63,789 nt of DNA, filler included, from Lama guanicoe (GCA_013239625.1; 199 parts of 199 records of this genome joined end to end with filler, not necessarily neighbours in it), one strand, 5' to 3'; counted from the whole stretch's first letter, positions 1 through 12,098 are shown. Made by a program: numbers and translations. Notes: a model not told the origin generated them from the letters alone.

Positions 1-141
1 GCACAAACCACACATGTTCCCTGGTGATGTCCAGAAAGTAAAATGCATGAAAATATCTCACTGCTGCTGCATGACATCTGCCCCAAAATTGCCCCCAAAT
101 CATGCTGACACAGCACTATTCAACCCCCACACCACCCCCCC

Positions 142-221
142 AAAAAAAAGAGAGAGAGAGAGAAAAGGAAAGGAAAAGAAAAGAAAAGAAAAAAAGAAAA
201 GAAAAGAAAAGAAAAGAAAAG
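142..221 (+). repeat. A/AG-rich and (AAAAG)n low-complexity repeat
   Basis: Directly visible purine run at the contig end. Confidence 0.9.
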
Positions 222-321
222 NNNNNNNNNNNNNNNNNNNNNNNNNNNNNNNNNNNNNNNNNNNNTTAATTAATTAANNNNNNNNNNNNNNNNNNNNNNN
301 NNNNNNNNNNNNNNNNNNNNN
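222..321. other. Synthetic contig-joining spacer (N44-TTAATTAATTAA-N44); first of 198 identical copies, period about 321 bp
   Basis: The same 100-nt unit follows every 220-222 bp block. The palindromic 12-mer (266-277) gives TAA in all six frames. Confidence 0.99.
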
Positions 322-642
322 GCTATCCTGGTCCCACTATTCAGAGATAATAATTAACACTTTAACATCTTTTTTCTGTTCTTTTCGTCAGTGTGTATCA
401 GCTCTGTCATAAAAACCAGCAAGCATTCTGTGCCTGTTTACTGTGTGGAGACTTCCATTTTCCATTCGGCTTATTAAAAGTTTTTCTACAATATCCCCTG
501 GCATGATTTTTAATGACCAGTATAGCATTCTGTCTTGTAGAGNNNNNNNNNNNNNNNNNNNNNNNNNNNNNNNNNNNNNNNNNNNNTTAATTAATTAANN
601 NNNNNNNNNNNNNNNNNNNNNNNNNNNNNNNNNNNNNNNNNN

Positions 643-820
643 ATTAATTCAAAGAGATACATACACCCCGCTATTAACAGCAGCATTATTTAGAAGTGCC
701 AAGATATGGAAGCATCCTCAGTGCACATCAATAGATGAATGGATGAAGAAGATGCAGCTTATATATGTAATGGAATACAGCTCACCCATAAGAAGAAGAA
801 TATTTTGCCATTTTCAGCCC
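643..820 (+). mobile_element. LINE-1 ORF2 C-terminal/3' fragment (degenerate)
   Basis: aaagagatacatacacccc...gcagcattattt...gccaagatatggaagca...atcaatagatgaatggat matches the L1 3' consensus. Confidence 0.9.
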
Positions 821-1284
821 TTCATTCACTTTTTTTTTTCACTTCAAAAACCAGAATTTTATANNNNNNNNNNNNNNNNNNNNNNNNNNNNNNNNNNNNN
901 NNNNNNNTTAATTAATTAANNNNNNNNNNNNNNNNNNNNNNNNNNNNNNNNNNNNNNNNNNNNATGACTTGTGAATGGATTAGTGAAAGGACACTTTCTT
1001 CTACTACTTTTTTATGGTTTCTTTTCTTTTTACAAAATTCATGTATTTCATCTATATTTTAACACATGAATGCATGCCTGTAAGAGGAGAGAAAGAACCT
1101 TAAAGAATGAGTAGGAGGAAGTCATGGAAAAAGTGCAGCTGAGGTTTTTCAAGCTCTAAGAACCGCTTCTGTCGAGACGTGTAANNNNNNNNNNNNNNNN
1201 NNNNNNNNNNNNNNNNNNNNNNNNNNNNTTAATTAATTAANNNNNNNNNNNNNNNNNNNNNNNNNNNNNNNNNNNNNNNNNNNN

Positions 1285-1505
1285 AGGAATAAAGAAAATG
1301 ACGTGGTCCTCCTAATAAATCCATGAAAAGTATTTCACAAAATTCAACATTTATTCATTAAAACAGCAATAACTGCAACAACAAGAACAATAACAACAGC
1401 AACAACAACAGAAACCTCTTACCAAAGTTGGATTCAGGAAATATATCTCAACATATATAAAGTCATTACTTACCAAACCAGAGACAACATAATATGCAAA
1501 AGTGA
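1285..1505 (+). mobile_element. Old L1M ORF2 fragment with an internal (AAC)n microsatellite
   Basis: gaaaagtatttcacaaaattcaacat resembles the L1 RT 'EKAFDKIQH' region; AAC repeats at about 1363-1410. Confidence 0.7.
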
Positions 1506-1926
1506 NNNNNNNNNNNNNNNNNNNNNNNNNNNNNNNNNNNNNNNNNNNNTTAATTAATTAANNNNNNNNNNNNNNNNNNNNNNNNNNNNNNNNNNNNNNN
1601 NNNNNAAGGTTGTGGTTTAAAAGGCAGGTTCTGCAGTAGAACATCAAGACTGTGTGAGATAATATAAACAAAGCATTTTGTGTTTTTGTTAAAAAAAAAA
1701 AACCTATCTCATTGGATTTGTATTCTTCACTAGAAACCCTAAATATGCTCAACTACTGTGTTCAAAGAGAAGTTGTGTTTTGCCTTCCACGTCTAGGTCC
1801 CATTTCTGGCAGGAATAGGAACTTAANNNNNNNNNNNNNNNNNNNNNNNNNNNNNNNNNNNNNNNNNNNNTTAATTAATTAANNNNNNNNNNNNNNNNNN
1901 NNNNNNNNNNNNNNNNNNNNNNNNNN

Positions 1927-2147
1927 GATAACTTGAAGGGGCTCAAGACTTCAGTGGAGGAAGTAATGGCAGATGCGGTGCAAACAGCAAGAGAACTAGC
2001 ATTTCAAGTGGAGGCTGGAGATGCGACCCAGTTACTGCAATCTCATGAGAAAACTCGAATGGATGAGAAGGTGCTTCCTATGGATGAGCAAAGAAAGGGG
2101 TATCTTGGCTTCTTAAGATGGAATCTGTTTCTGGTGAGGATGCTGTA
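1927..2147 (+). mobile_element. Tigger1 (TcMar-Tigger) transposase C-terminal relic
   Basis: Translation GLKTSVEEVMADAVQTARELAFQVEAGDATQLLQSHEKTRMDEKVLPMDEQRK, then frameshifted LKMESVSGEDAV, resembles Tigger1 [39 protein letters not shown]...MESTPGEDAV. Confidence 0.9.
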
Positions 2148-2568
2148 NNNNNNNNNNNNNNNNNNNNNNNNNNNNNNNNNNNNNNNNNNNNTTAATTAAT
2201 TAANNNNNNNNNNNNNNNNNNNNNNNNNNNNNNNNNNNNNNNNNNNNAAGCCAGGTTCCCTACAGGAAGCATTTACACGTAAACGTATTTGGTGAACTGT
2301 GTAAGAGTTCTCAGAAAAAAGTGACTGGAGTCTCCAAGCCCCCAGAAGACTACTGTGATCCATTTATTCATTCAAAATCAATATTTAAATTCATATTTAA
2401 TTTTGTAACTGTTATTCCGTTATATTCTTTTTCTTAAAGAAGTCCTCCTCCCCTGACTCTTTCCCCTANNNNNNNNNNNNNNNNNNNNNNNNNNNNNNNN
2501 NNNNNNNNNNNNTTAATTAATTAANNNNNNNNNNNNNNNNNNNNNNNNNNNNNNNNNNNNNNNNNNNN

Positions 2569-2763
2569 CCAGAGCCATCCTACTGGCCGTCTTGGCTGAT
2601 GGCTCCCTGCTTGAGCGTCTTTTCTTCCATTTCCCCTTCCGAGCAATAAAGTGGCTGTTCACTGCATCCCTCTGCCTCTGCTGTGCAAATTCTTTCACAG
2701 CCGGTGTCAAGGACCCGCACTTCGGTGGGCTCCTTAATTCTGGGGTCCCTCCATCTGCTGACA
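2569..2763 (+). mobile_element. ERV LTR 3' portion (R/U5)
   Basis: AATAAA at 2645-2650, then a U5-like 'aattctttcac' segment ending in ...GACA. Confidence 0.6.
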
Positions 2764-3531
2764 GTTACACAAAGCCTCCCTGGGTCTCANNNNNNNNNNN
2801 NNNNNNNNNNNNNNNNNNNNNNNNNNNNNNNNNTTAATTAATTAANNNNNNNNNNNNNNNNNNNNNNNNNNNNNNNNNNNNNNNNNNNNGTCCCTCCCTT
2901 CGATGTTTGAGAGAGTCTATTCTTCCGGCCTCTTGAGAGCCCCACCTTGAGTTCCCCAAATCACCTGTGCCATCTTCCCCCACATTTCTTGAATGCAAGC
3001 TGTTCCTCTCTGAACAGTGGGTGTCTCCTGCTTTGTCTAGAACAGCAACCGTCCTCCCCACGCTCAGACCCACACTTTTAAGGTGGTCTTTCTCTTCACT
3101 GTTAATATGGNNNNNNNNNNNNNNNNNNNNNNNNNNNNNNNNNNNNNNNNNNNNTTAATTAATTAANNNNNNNNNNNNNNNNNNNNNNNNNNNNNNNNNN
3201 NNNNNNNNNNAAAATAGGGTTTGGGGGCTTACAGTGAACAATTTAATATGTAAAGCTAAAAAATAATGTACTGAATCTTCTGTGTACTGGAGAACTACTA
3301 AAGTTTTTTAGGCAAGGGAACTATACCATTAGATTGATTTTATAGAAAATTAACCCTATAGTGTGAGTATGACTTAGAGGCACCACCACTGAATATTGTT
3401 ACTGAAGATTGTTTTTCCACGTAAAGTGAGANNNNNNNNNNNNNNNNNNNNNNNNNNNNNNNNNNNNNNNNNNNNTTAATTAATTAANNNNNNNNNNNNN
3501 NNNNNNNNNNNNNNNNNNNNNNNNNNNNNNN

Positions 3532-3752
3532 GCATAATTTTCCCAAGGTCACCCAGCTAATAAGTAGTGGAACCAGGATACAATCACAAATATTGTAAAG
3601 GTAGAACCCATTCTTGCCTGAGATTGGGTTCTATTGAAGCAGATCGTGAGATGGAGTTACTTGTGCAACTATTTTATGAAAGCTCACTCTCAGGGGAGAC
3701 TGAAAGAGAATGAGCCAAACAGGGTAGGGGAGGGGAAGAAGCTAGGCAAAGA
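3532..3752. mobile_element. MIR fragment followed by an ERVL LTR (LTR16/LTR33-like) fragment
   Basis: cccaaggtcacccagctaataagtagtggaaccagga (MIR); gggttc...gaagcagatcgtgagatggag (LTR16-like, antisense). Confidence 0.6.
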
Positions 3753-4173
3753 NNNNNNNNNNNNNNNNNNNNNNNNNNNNNNNNNNNNNNNNNNNNTTAA
3801 TTAATTAANNNNNNNNNNNNNNNNNNNNNNNNNNNNNNNNNNNNNNNNNNNNGTGGGAAAATAATGGTTTCTTAGGGTACTTAGGGCTATTTTTTCAGGT
3901 GACTTATCAGAGTCTTTATCAGTCATCCTTGGTCACTAAGATTTGCCCCCTCTGCCTCGTCATCCTTCAGGCATGTTCCCCTCCCTGGGTTTGGGCCAGG
4001 CCACCTGGGGAGTATGAAGAAGCCTTGCTTGGTAGATTAGGGGCTCACTCCCCTCCACTGTGGGTTGTTACTGNNNNNNNNNNNNNNNNNNNNNNNNNNN
4101 NNNNNNNNNNNNNNNNNTTAATTAATTAANNNNNNNNNNNNNNNNNNNNNNNNNNNNNNNNNNNNNNNNNNNN

Positions 4174-4394
4174 AAAAAAAATACAATAACAACTTTTGTT
4201 CTGCTGGGACTAACAGATGACCCTGAGCTGCAAGTTCTGACTTTTATCTATTTCTCACCTACATGCTGAGTGTATCGCACACACTTTTCCAGCTTCCCAC
4301 CTTTGTCCTTTTTCTCTTTTTTCACAAAATATTTTCTTATTAGAGATTTCATTCACATCAGCTTATATTCCCAAATATTTGCATAACATAAAAA
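4174..4394 (+). pseudogene. Olfactory receptor family 6 (OR6C-like) pseudogene, N-terminus to TM2
   Basis: TITTFVLLGLTDDPELQVLTFI, frameshift at about 4250, FLTYMLSV, loss of the GN...HTPMY segment, then QNIFLLEISFTSAYIPKYLHNI. Confidence 0.88.
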
Positions 4395-5189
4395 NNNNNN
4401 NNNNNNNNNNNNNNNNNNNNNNNNNNNNNNNNNNNNNNTTAATTAATTAANNNNNNNNNNNNNNNNNNNNNNNNNNNNNNNNNNNNNNNNNNNNAAAAAA
4501 AAAAAAGACCAAAAAGGGGTGCTTCACATCCATAAATAAGAAACATGACTTTCTCACAGAAGAATGGGAGTTTGGCTAATAAAAACAGAGGAGGTATAGA
4601 GAACGAGCTAAGACTTCCAAGTCCATCAGCTATGCCACTTAACAGCTAAGCTGGTGACTTATGAGTTCTCAGTCTCCTCATTTGTAAAATAATACCTTTT
4701 GTAAACCTGTAAAAANNNNNNNNNNNNNNNNNNNNNNNNNNNNNNNNNNNNNNNNNNNNTTAATTAATTAANNNNNNNNNNNNNNNNNNNNNNNNNNNNN
4801 NNNNNNNNNNNNNNNAGTTTGATGCTTTAACATCTGCCCTACATGTATGTGCTGGACATGCCTTTGTTCTGGGCAACCCAATGATATGCCTCAGTCATCT
4901 CGCCTTGATCTCCTGCCTCCCTCATTCCCTCTGTGGGCCCCATCCCTCTGCTTAATGACCAAACCCTGGTGCTTCCTCATGTGGCCACCACCTCTTGGGA
5001 ACTGTCTTTCCAATAGCAGTCATCTCCTGATCTGTTNNNNNNNNNNNNNNNNNNNNNNNNNNNNNNNNNNNNNNNNNNNNTTAATTAATTAANNNNNNNN
5101 NNNNNNNNNNNNNNNNNNNNNNNNNNNNNNNNNNNNTTTAACAAGTAGGCAAGTTTGCAAATACAGTAAATTCTATAAACAATGGAATC

Positions 5190-5330
5190 AACTATATATA
5201 TATTTTGTTAGATCATTATTGCTGATAATTCATGTGTATGTATATATATATATATATACACACACACACATATGTATTTGTATTGTATATTATGTTATTT
5301 ATATATCATATAGTATATATTTATATTTAG
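5190..5330. repeat. (TA)n(CA)n microsatellite in AT-rich low-complexity sequence
   Basis: Directly visible. Confidence 0.9.
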
Positions 5331-6420
5331 TCTAAATAAATGCATGAAAATGATAAANNNNNNNNNNNNNNNNNNNNNNNNNNNNNNNNNNNNNNNNNNN
5401 NTTAATTAATTAANNNNNNNNNNNNNNNNNNNNNNNNNNNNNNNNNNNNNNNNNNNNGGTGAAAGTTCCTGCATTTTTCACTGTAAACAAAGTTGGAGCT
5501 TGTACCTCCCCATATAAATGTACGTAATCTTGTTTGAAACTGAAGAGAAACCTTGTTTTCCCATCAAGCTACGTGAAGAATGGCTTTCACACACGCTTTC
5601 CTGTCAAAACTGAGTATGTGGAAAGACGTTCGTTCATCTAGCACAAAGGGAAGATGTTGCAGGAGAAACGCTTAATCTNNNNNNNNNNNNNNNNNNNNNN
5701 NNNNNNNNNNNNNNNNNNNNNNTTAATTAATTAANNNNNNNNNNNNNNNNNNNNNNNNNNNNNNNNNNNNNNNNNNNNTATCATGTACTCTTTCTCGCAG
5801 ATGTTGTTCACATATAACAATAAGGGAGTTGCAGCCCTCCTCCCCAGTGCTTCACCGAGAGTTGGGGCCTATCCTTATCATAGTATTTATCCCACTTTGT
5901 TATAATTAGTGATGTATTAGACAATTCCTTTTACTGATTAGACAAAAGTCCCTTTTAGTACAATTAATTAATGTAAAAGATGCATATTTTAGAAAGAAAN
6001 NNNNNNNNNNNNNNNNNNNNNNNNNNNNNNNNNNNNNNNNNNNTTAATTAATTAANNNNNNNNNNNNNNNNNNNNNNNNNNNNNNNNNNNNNNNNNNNNT
6101 GTAACTGCTATGGTGTTAGCTCTGTAAAAATCAGACTAATATTTTTTTGTGCTGCCTGTGCACAGTGTAAAACACTGACAGATGTTGTCTGGCCCAGCTG
6201 AAAGCCTGGAGTGAAACATTGGCGATTACAGAAGGGTGGGTGGCAAGAAACAACGAATGAAGGAGACGGGTCACTGTTCAGTGGGTACCAGCTGGCACCT
6301 GGCTGAGAAGAGGGCCAGGCNNNNNNNNNNNNNNNNNNNNNNNNNNNNNNNNNNNNNNNNNNNNTTAATTAATTAANNNNNNNNNNNNNNNNNNNNNNNN
6401 NNNNNNNNNNNNNNNNNNNN

Positions 6421-6641
6421 CTTACTCTAAAGTGACTATACTCAAAACAGTATGGCACTGGCATGAAAAAAGATGTTTAGATCAATGGAATAGAATTGAG
6501 AGTCTAGGAATAAATCAATACATCTATATTAAATGTATTTTCAGCATGATTGCCAAGCCCATGAAATGAGAAAGAACAGTTTGTTTTTTTTTAATGGTGA
6601 TGGGTCAGATGGATATCCACATGCAAAAGAATCAACTTAGA
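6421..6641 (+). mobile_element. L1M ORF2 fragment (copy A of a near-identical pair)
   Basis: caaaacagtatggcactggcat...gatcaatggaatagaattgagagtc resembles L1 'KTVWYW...DQWNRIE'. Confidence 0.88.
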
Positions 6642-6741
6642 NNNNNNNNNNNNNNNNNNNNNNNNNNNNNNNNNNNNNNNNNNNNTTAATTAATTAANNN
6701 NNNNNNNNNNNNNNNNNNNNNNNNNNNNNNNNNNNNNNNNN

Positions 6742-6962
6742 CTTACTCTAAAGTGACTATACTCAAAACAGTATGGCACTGGCATGAAAACAGATGTTTA
6801 GATCAATGGAATAGAATTGAAAGTCTAGGAATAAATCAATACATCTATAGTAAATGTATTTTCAGCATGATTGCCAAGCCCATGGAATGAGAAAGAACAG
6901 TTTGTTTTTTTTAAATGGTGATGGGTCAGATGGATATCCACATGCAAAAGAATCAACTTAGA
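6742..6962 (+). mobile_element. L1M ORF2 fragment (copy B; 5 substitutions relative to 6421-6641)
   Basis: Base-by-base comparison with the previous contig. Confidence 0.88.
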
Positions 6963-7062
6963 NNNNNNNNNNNNNNNNNNNNNNNNNNNNNNNNNNNNNN
7001 NNNNNNTTAATTAATTAANNNNNNNNNNNNNNNNNNNNNNNNNNNNNNNNNNNNNNNNNNNN

Positions 7063-7283
7063 TACATGAATATTCATGGTAGCTATATTTGTGATGGCCC
7101 CAAACTGGAAGACACCCAAATGTTCTTCATTGGATAAATTGATAAATATACTTTAGAGCACCATACAATGACATATTACTTGTAGATCTTTCTCAACTTA
7201 TGATGGAGTTAGATCCCAATAAACCATTGTAAGCTGAAAATATCATAAGTCAAAAATGCATTTAATACACAAACTTAGGCAGC
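7063..7283 (+). mobile_element. L1 3' fragment adjoining a TcMar-Tigger MITE (MER47-like) from about 7182
   Basis: L1 'gccccaaactggaa...cccaaatgtt' followed by 'caacttatgatggagttagatcccaataaaccattgtaagctgaaaatatcataagtcaaaaatgcatttaatacac'. Confidence 0.7.
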
Positions 7284-8094
7284 NNNNNNNNNNNNNNNNN
7301 NNNNNNNNNNNNNNNNNNNNNNNNNNNTTAATTAATTAANNNNNNNNNNNNNNNNNNNNNNNNNNNNNNNNNNNNNNNNNNNNAGATTTCATTCTCTTGG
7401 GACACATAACAGAATTTCCCATGTGCCAGGTCCAAGGGTAGAGGCAGTGACTTCATAGGAACTTGGACCAGACCTGCCTGCTGGTTTTGAAAGGTGCCTG
7501 GGGATCTAGGGGATGCCTGTGCTTCACCCTGGAGACATAAAAGCTGATGGCAGATATTCCAGGAATGTTCATGTAAGTGAGCTTCCCTGGAGGCTGACAC
7601 CTTGNNNNNNNNNNNNNNNNNNNNNNNNNNNNNNNNNNNNNNNNNNNNTTAATTAATTAANNNNNNNNNNNNNNNNNNNNNNNNNNNNNNNNNNNNNNNN
7701 NNNNAGACTTTCACAACCACATCTCAGGTGGTCCTCAGTCTCTCTTCTGACACAGCTCTAACCCACCTTCATACTGAGCACCATCTCAGGAGTCCCCCTC
7801 CGTCTTCCGAACGTTCCCTCCCAACCCTCCTCTACGCAAAACTCTTCGGTTGCCCCACTGCCTAGCAGATGAAGCGCAAACCCTTTAATCTCACAGGTAA
7901 GCATCGCTGTGCTCTGAGCTATCATNNNNNNNNNNNNNNNNNNNNNNNNNNNNNNNNNNNNNNNNNNNNTTAATTAATTAANNNNNNNNNNNNNNNNNNN
8001 NNNNNNNNNNNNNNNNNNNNNNNNNATACGTATAGTTTACTGTACAGGAATCATATCCTAATATAGGTGTTAAACTTTTTTTAAGAGTTTTTTT

Positions 8095-8246
8095 TCTGGG
8101 TAAGCCTGACAGAATCAGTTGAGGTCTTTCAAAGAATGTAAAGCATCAAAGACATGCTCTCCTGATGACCTTAAGGAAGAAGAAAACTGTCGTGTTGTAG
8201 AGAGGGCCATGGGTCAGGGAACAGCGGGCGACTTCTGGGAGCTGAG
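8095..8246 (+). mobile_element. MLT1 (ERVL-MaLR) LTR fragment
   Basis: aaactgtcgtgttgtagagagggccatgg...gggcgacttctgggagctgag resembles MLT1E/F. Confidence 0.65.
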
Positions 8247-9002
8247 NNNNNNNNNNNNNNNNNNNNNNNNNNNNNNNNNNNNNNNNNNNNTTAATTAATT
8301 AANNNNNNNNNNNNNNNNNNNNNNNNNNNNNNNNNNNNNNNNNNNNATTTGCACATGGGTTTCTTAGAACAGGCTACTAAGTCATCTGCCTTTCTGGGGG
8401 TTAGCTGAGTGTGTAAGCTGTCTTTCGTCCTCCACAACCATATTCACCCAGAGCAGGTCCTGTGAATCTTTATATTTAAACCGAGCCCTCAATTCAGAAG
8501 TGAACTGATTTCCTTTTGTGCAGCCAACTAAATATTACAGAATTCTGGCACATTTTGGACTTTTTAANNNNNNNNNNNNNNNNNNNNNNNNNNNNNNNNN
8601 NNNNNNNNNNNTTAATTAATTAANNNNNNNNNNNNNNNNNNNNNNNNNNNNNNNNNNNNNNNNNNNNTGGGGCAGCTGAGGGCAGAAGCTGGCAGGTGAG
8701 GGTGAAACTGCTAGAGAAGAACAACAAAGCCCCAACCAGAGATGCCAGCATGCCCTCGGGCCCAAGCGAATGGTGGTTTGGCTTGCCAAAGGGAAGCAGG
8801 GACAAAGTGCAGAGTGAGAAGAGAGATGGAGCCTGAAGGACGGAAGCAGTGAAGGAGCACAGCCAAGGAGCTAGGGGAGCATCAAGCCNNNNNNNNNNNN
8901 NNNNNNNNNNNNNNNNNNNNNNNNNNNNNNNNTTAATTAATTAANNNNNNNNNNNNNNNNNNNNNNNNNNNNNNNNNNNNNNNNNNNNCTAAAATGCCTA
9001 GA

Positions 9003-9209
9003 GTAGAATCTCTGCACATCTCTACTGGCATTTTAGACGGGATAATTCTTTGCTGGGGTGGGGAGTGTTGTCCTGTGTAGTGGAGGATGTTTAACAGCAT
9101 CCTTGGCCACCATCCACCAGATGCTGTAGAAGATCCCTAATTGTAACAACAAAAAGTGTCTCCAGGCATTGCCAACTGTCCCCCTGGAGGGCAAAATTGC
9201 CTCTACTTA
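9003..9209 (-). mobile_element. MER20 (hAT-Charlie) near-complete copy
   Basis: gggataattctttg...tgtcctgtgtagtggaggatgtttaacagcatcc...tgtctccaggcattgcc...gggcaaaattgc is the reverse complement of the MER20 consensus. Confidence 0.9.
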
Positions 9210-9732
9210 NNNNNNNNNNNNNNNNNNNNNNNNNNNNNNNNNNNNNNNNNNNNTTAATTAATTAANNNNNNNNNNNNNNNNNNNNNNNNNNNNNNNNNNN
9301 NNNNNNNNNCTTCAAGAGAAACCAATGCTATGAGTTTGGCTCAGTTCTTGCTTACTGATCTGGTGGCCGTGTCCAGAGTGTTGGGGTTCCCTCGCTGACT
9401 TCCCCTACTGGACAAAGTGCTTACTTCTGTGGTTTGGGGAAGGCGGGGTCTCATGATTGACAGCCCCACCAGGTATGGGAAGGACAAGTTTTCTATGATA
9501 AAGAGTGGTTCTGTTGCCAAAGAAGGGAAANNNNNNNNNNNNNNNNNNNNNNNNNNNNNNNNNNNNNNNNNNNNTTAATTAATTAANNNNNNNNNNNNNN
9601 NNNNNNNNNNNNNNNNNNNNNNNNNNNNNNTTAAGTCAATTGCCCAGGTTCATGCAGCTCATAAGTGGCATGGTCAGGACCCAGACTTAGACCAGAATAA
9701 TGACTGCCTCCACCACTTATGGGAAGGGAACA

Positions 9733-9851
9733 CAGCAGTGCACTGGAACTGACCCATGGGCATCCCTTCCCCAGTTCACGCTTGGCGATGTCACACTGGG
9801 AACTTGAAATCCACCACAGTGGGAGTATTTACACCATGGAAATTGGCAAAG
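9733..9851 (+). mobile_element. MER63-like (hAT-Blackjack) fragment, preceded by a MIR piece
   Basis: cttgaaatccaccacagtgggagtatttacaccatggaaattggcaaa. Confidence 0.75.
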
Positions 9852-10914
9852 NNNNNNNNNNNNNNNNNNNNNNNNNNNNNNNNNNNNNNNNNNNNTTAAT
9901 TAATTAANNNNNNNNNNNNNNNNNNNNNNNNNNNNNNNNNNNNNNNNNNNNAATCTGATTGGCTTCAGTTTGTGTCACTCTCCAGGGGAGGGCGGAGAAA
10001 CATGATTGACAGTCTCGGCCAGACCGGAAGCTTTGGGGGCAGGGGTTTCAGGAAGGACCGGATCTGCTGGGCGGCGAAGCTCCAGTGTCAGTGCCGGGCG
10101 GGTATGCGCTCCATGTGTGGCGACCTGTCCCCAGCCCTGTGCCCAGCCCTGTCCCCGGGGCTGGCGGACTCTNNNNNNNNNNNNNNNNNNNNNNNNNNNN
10201 NNNNNNNNNNNNNNNNTTAATTAATTAANNNNNNNNNNNNNNNNNNNNNNNNNNNNNNNNNNNNNNNNNNNNTGATGCGGTTGCACTGACCTCGGTTCTG
10301 AGCCTGGGAACGTGCACCCACAGCGGCCTCCTGCCTGCGATGCGGCTGAGGTAGGGTAAGTCACTGTAGAGCAGCATGGCTCGGTGTGCCCACTCGAGGA
10401 AGAAGACAGACAGACACTTCCTAAATGTTGTTTATTCTCCTTCCCAACATCACACTGCACCGCCACTGATGCCCCCATACAAACTAATGTTCTNNNNNNN
10501 NNNNNNNNNNNNNNNNNNNNNNNNNNNNNNNNNNNNNTTAATTAATTAANNNNNNNNNNNNNNNNNNNNNNNNNNNNNNNNNNNNNNNNNNNNCCTCTGC
10601 CTGGAGGTGGCCGTCCCCATCTGCCCAAAGGGCCCAGGACTCACTAGGTCTGCATGGGGCACAGACCAACAGTGAGGCTAGACCCTAACTTCCATATTTC
10701 ATTTCAGGAAGGCAAGATTTTTTCCTATTGTTTTATAAAAGATTGAAATAGCAAGAAGACACTGCTTAGAGAGACTAGTCATGAGGAATTACAAATAATT
10801 CAAATCTTCTTCCCNNNNNNNNNNNNNNNNNNNNNNNNNNNNNNNNNNNNNNNNNNNNTTAATTAATTAANNNNNNNNNNNNNNNNNNNNNNNNNNNNNN
10901 NNNNNNNNNNNNNN

Positions 10915-11100
10915 TCACACTGGCCTTGTAGGCCAGCATCTTCCCACCTCTCTCTGATCCATCTTCAGGTGGCCTGCTCCCCTGTGTGTGTCCCAGCCCC
11001 TCTGCTCCCTCTCAGAAGGACACCTGTGACGGCGTTTAGGGCCCACAGTCAATCCAGGGTAGTCTCCCATCTCGAGATCCTTCCCTTAATCACAAGTACT
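10915..11100 (-). mobile_element. MLT1C/D-like MaLR LTR fragment
   Basis: aaggacacctgtga...tttagggcccac...aatccaggg...ctcccatctcgagatcctt...ttaatcaca. Confidence 0.85.
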
Positions 11101-11556
11101 GTTTAAGGAAACACTTATGAGCTCGGCACTAGGACNNNNNNNNNNNNNNNNNNNNNNNNNNNNNNNNNNNNNNNNNNNNTTAATTAATTAANNNNNNNNN
11201 NNNNNNNNNNNNNNNNNNNNNNNNNNNNNNNNNNNGAAAAGATACTGACGGAAGGGAAGGGGTGCTGAGAGGAAGGAAGGTGAGTGCAGACAGAGTGGCC
11301 CCTGGCCTGGTGGGTGGCAATGCCTCTTGAGTCCAGAGAAGTGCTGTGCACTCACAGATCGAAAGGACATCCGCAAAGCTGGGGTGAGGGGCTCTGGTCG
11401 GGTCAGTGGTCCACACCAGGGACCGCCCAGCCTCTTCTGCTCCCCTTTGCAACTCCNNNNNNNNNNNNNNNNNNNNNNNNNNNNNNNNNNNNNNNNNNNN
11501 TTAATTAATTAANNNNNNNNNNNNNNNNNNNNNNNNNNNNNNNNNNNNNNNNNNNN

Positions 11557-11777
11557 CCCGGAGTTGCCCTCTGCCCGGTGATTGCACACCCTGCACTCGA
11601 TTCTGCATCTCCGGCCAGCCACAGGTTTCCCCGGGAGGACACGCCGGGTGCAGAGCAGAGGACTGATTGGCTGGGAAGGAGGTGGGACGAGCGGTGACGC
11701 GCGGTGCCCGGGAGACTGCGCCGCGGGGTGCGCGGGTGCGTGGGCCTGGGCAGGGGCGGAGGGGTGGAGGGAGGGGG
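11557..11777. promoter_or_regulatory. CpG-island promoter fragment with an inverted CCAAT box and a GC box
   Basis: High GC/CpG; CTGATTGGCT (ATTGG 11666-11670); GGGGCGG 11753-11759. Confidence 0.6.
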
Positions 11778-11877
11778 NNNNNNNNNNNNNNNNNNNNNNN
11801 NNNNNNNNNNNNNNNNNNNNNTTAATTAATTAANNNNNNNNNNNNNNNNNNNNNNNNNNNNNNNNNNNNNNNNNNNN

Positions 11878-12098
11878 GGGACGGGGGAGGCGGCGGCGGG
11901 ATTGGGGCTGCCCCGTGTTACCGAGGAAATTTACTACCATTTCACGCTGTCGCCGCCGCCACCCCCGCACACTACCGCACCGCGCCCGCCTCCCAGAAGC
12001 TGACTGACCTGTAAGCTGCGTCCTGCGAACATGGGGCACCAGAGTCCGACCCCAGGACAGGGACGGGGGAGATGGCAGCATATCCACAGGCTCCCAGG
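11878..12098. promoter_or_regulatory. CpG-island fragment, possibly a 5' exon with a donor (ct|gtaagc, about 12011)
   Basis: CpG-dense sequence, GCC repeats, GT donor-like motif. Confidence 0.45.

Noticed and set aside
14..221. Lys/Arg/Glu-rich ORF resembling an NLS or basic protein
   Set aside because: It is the translation of an (AAAAG)n microsatellite.
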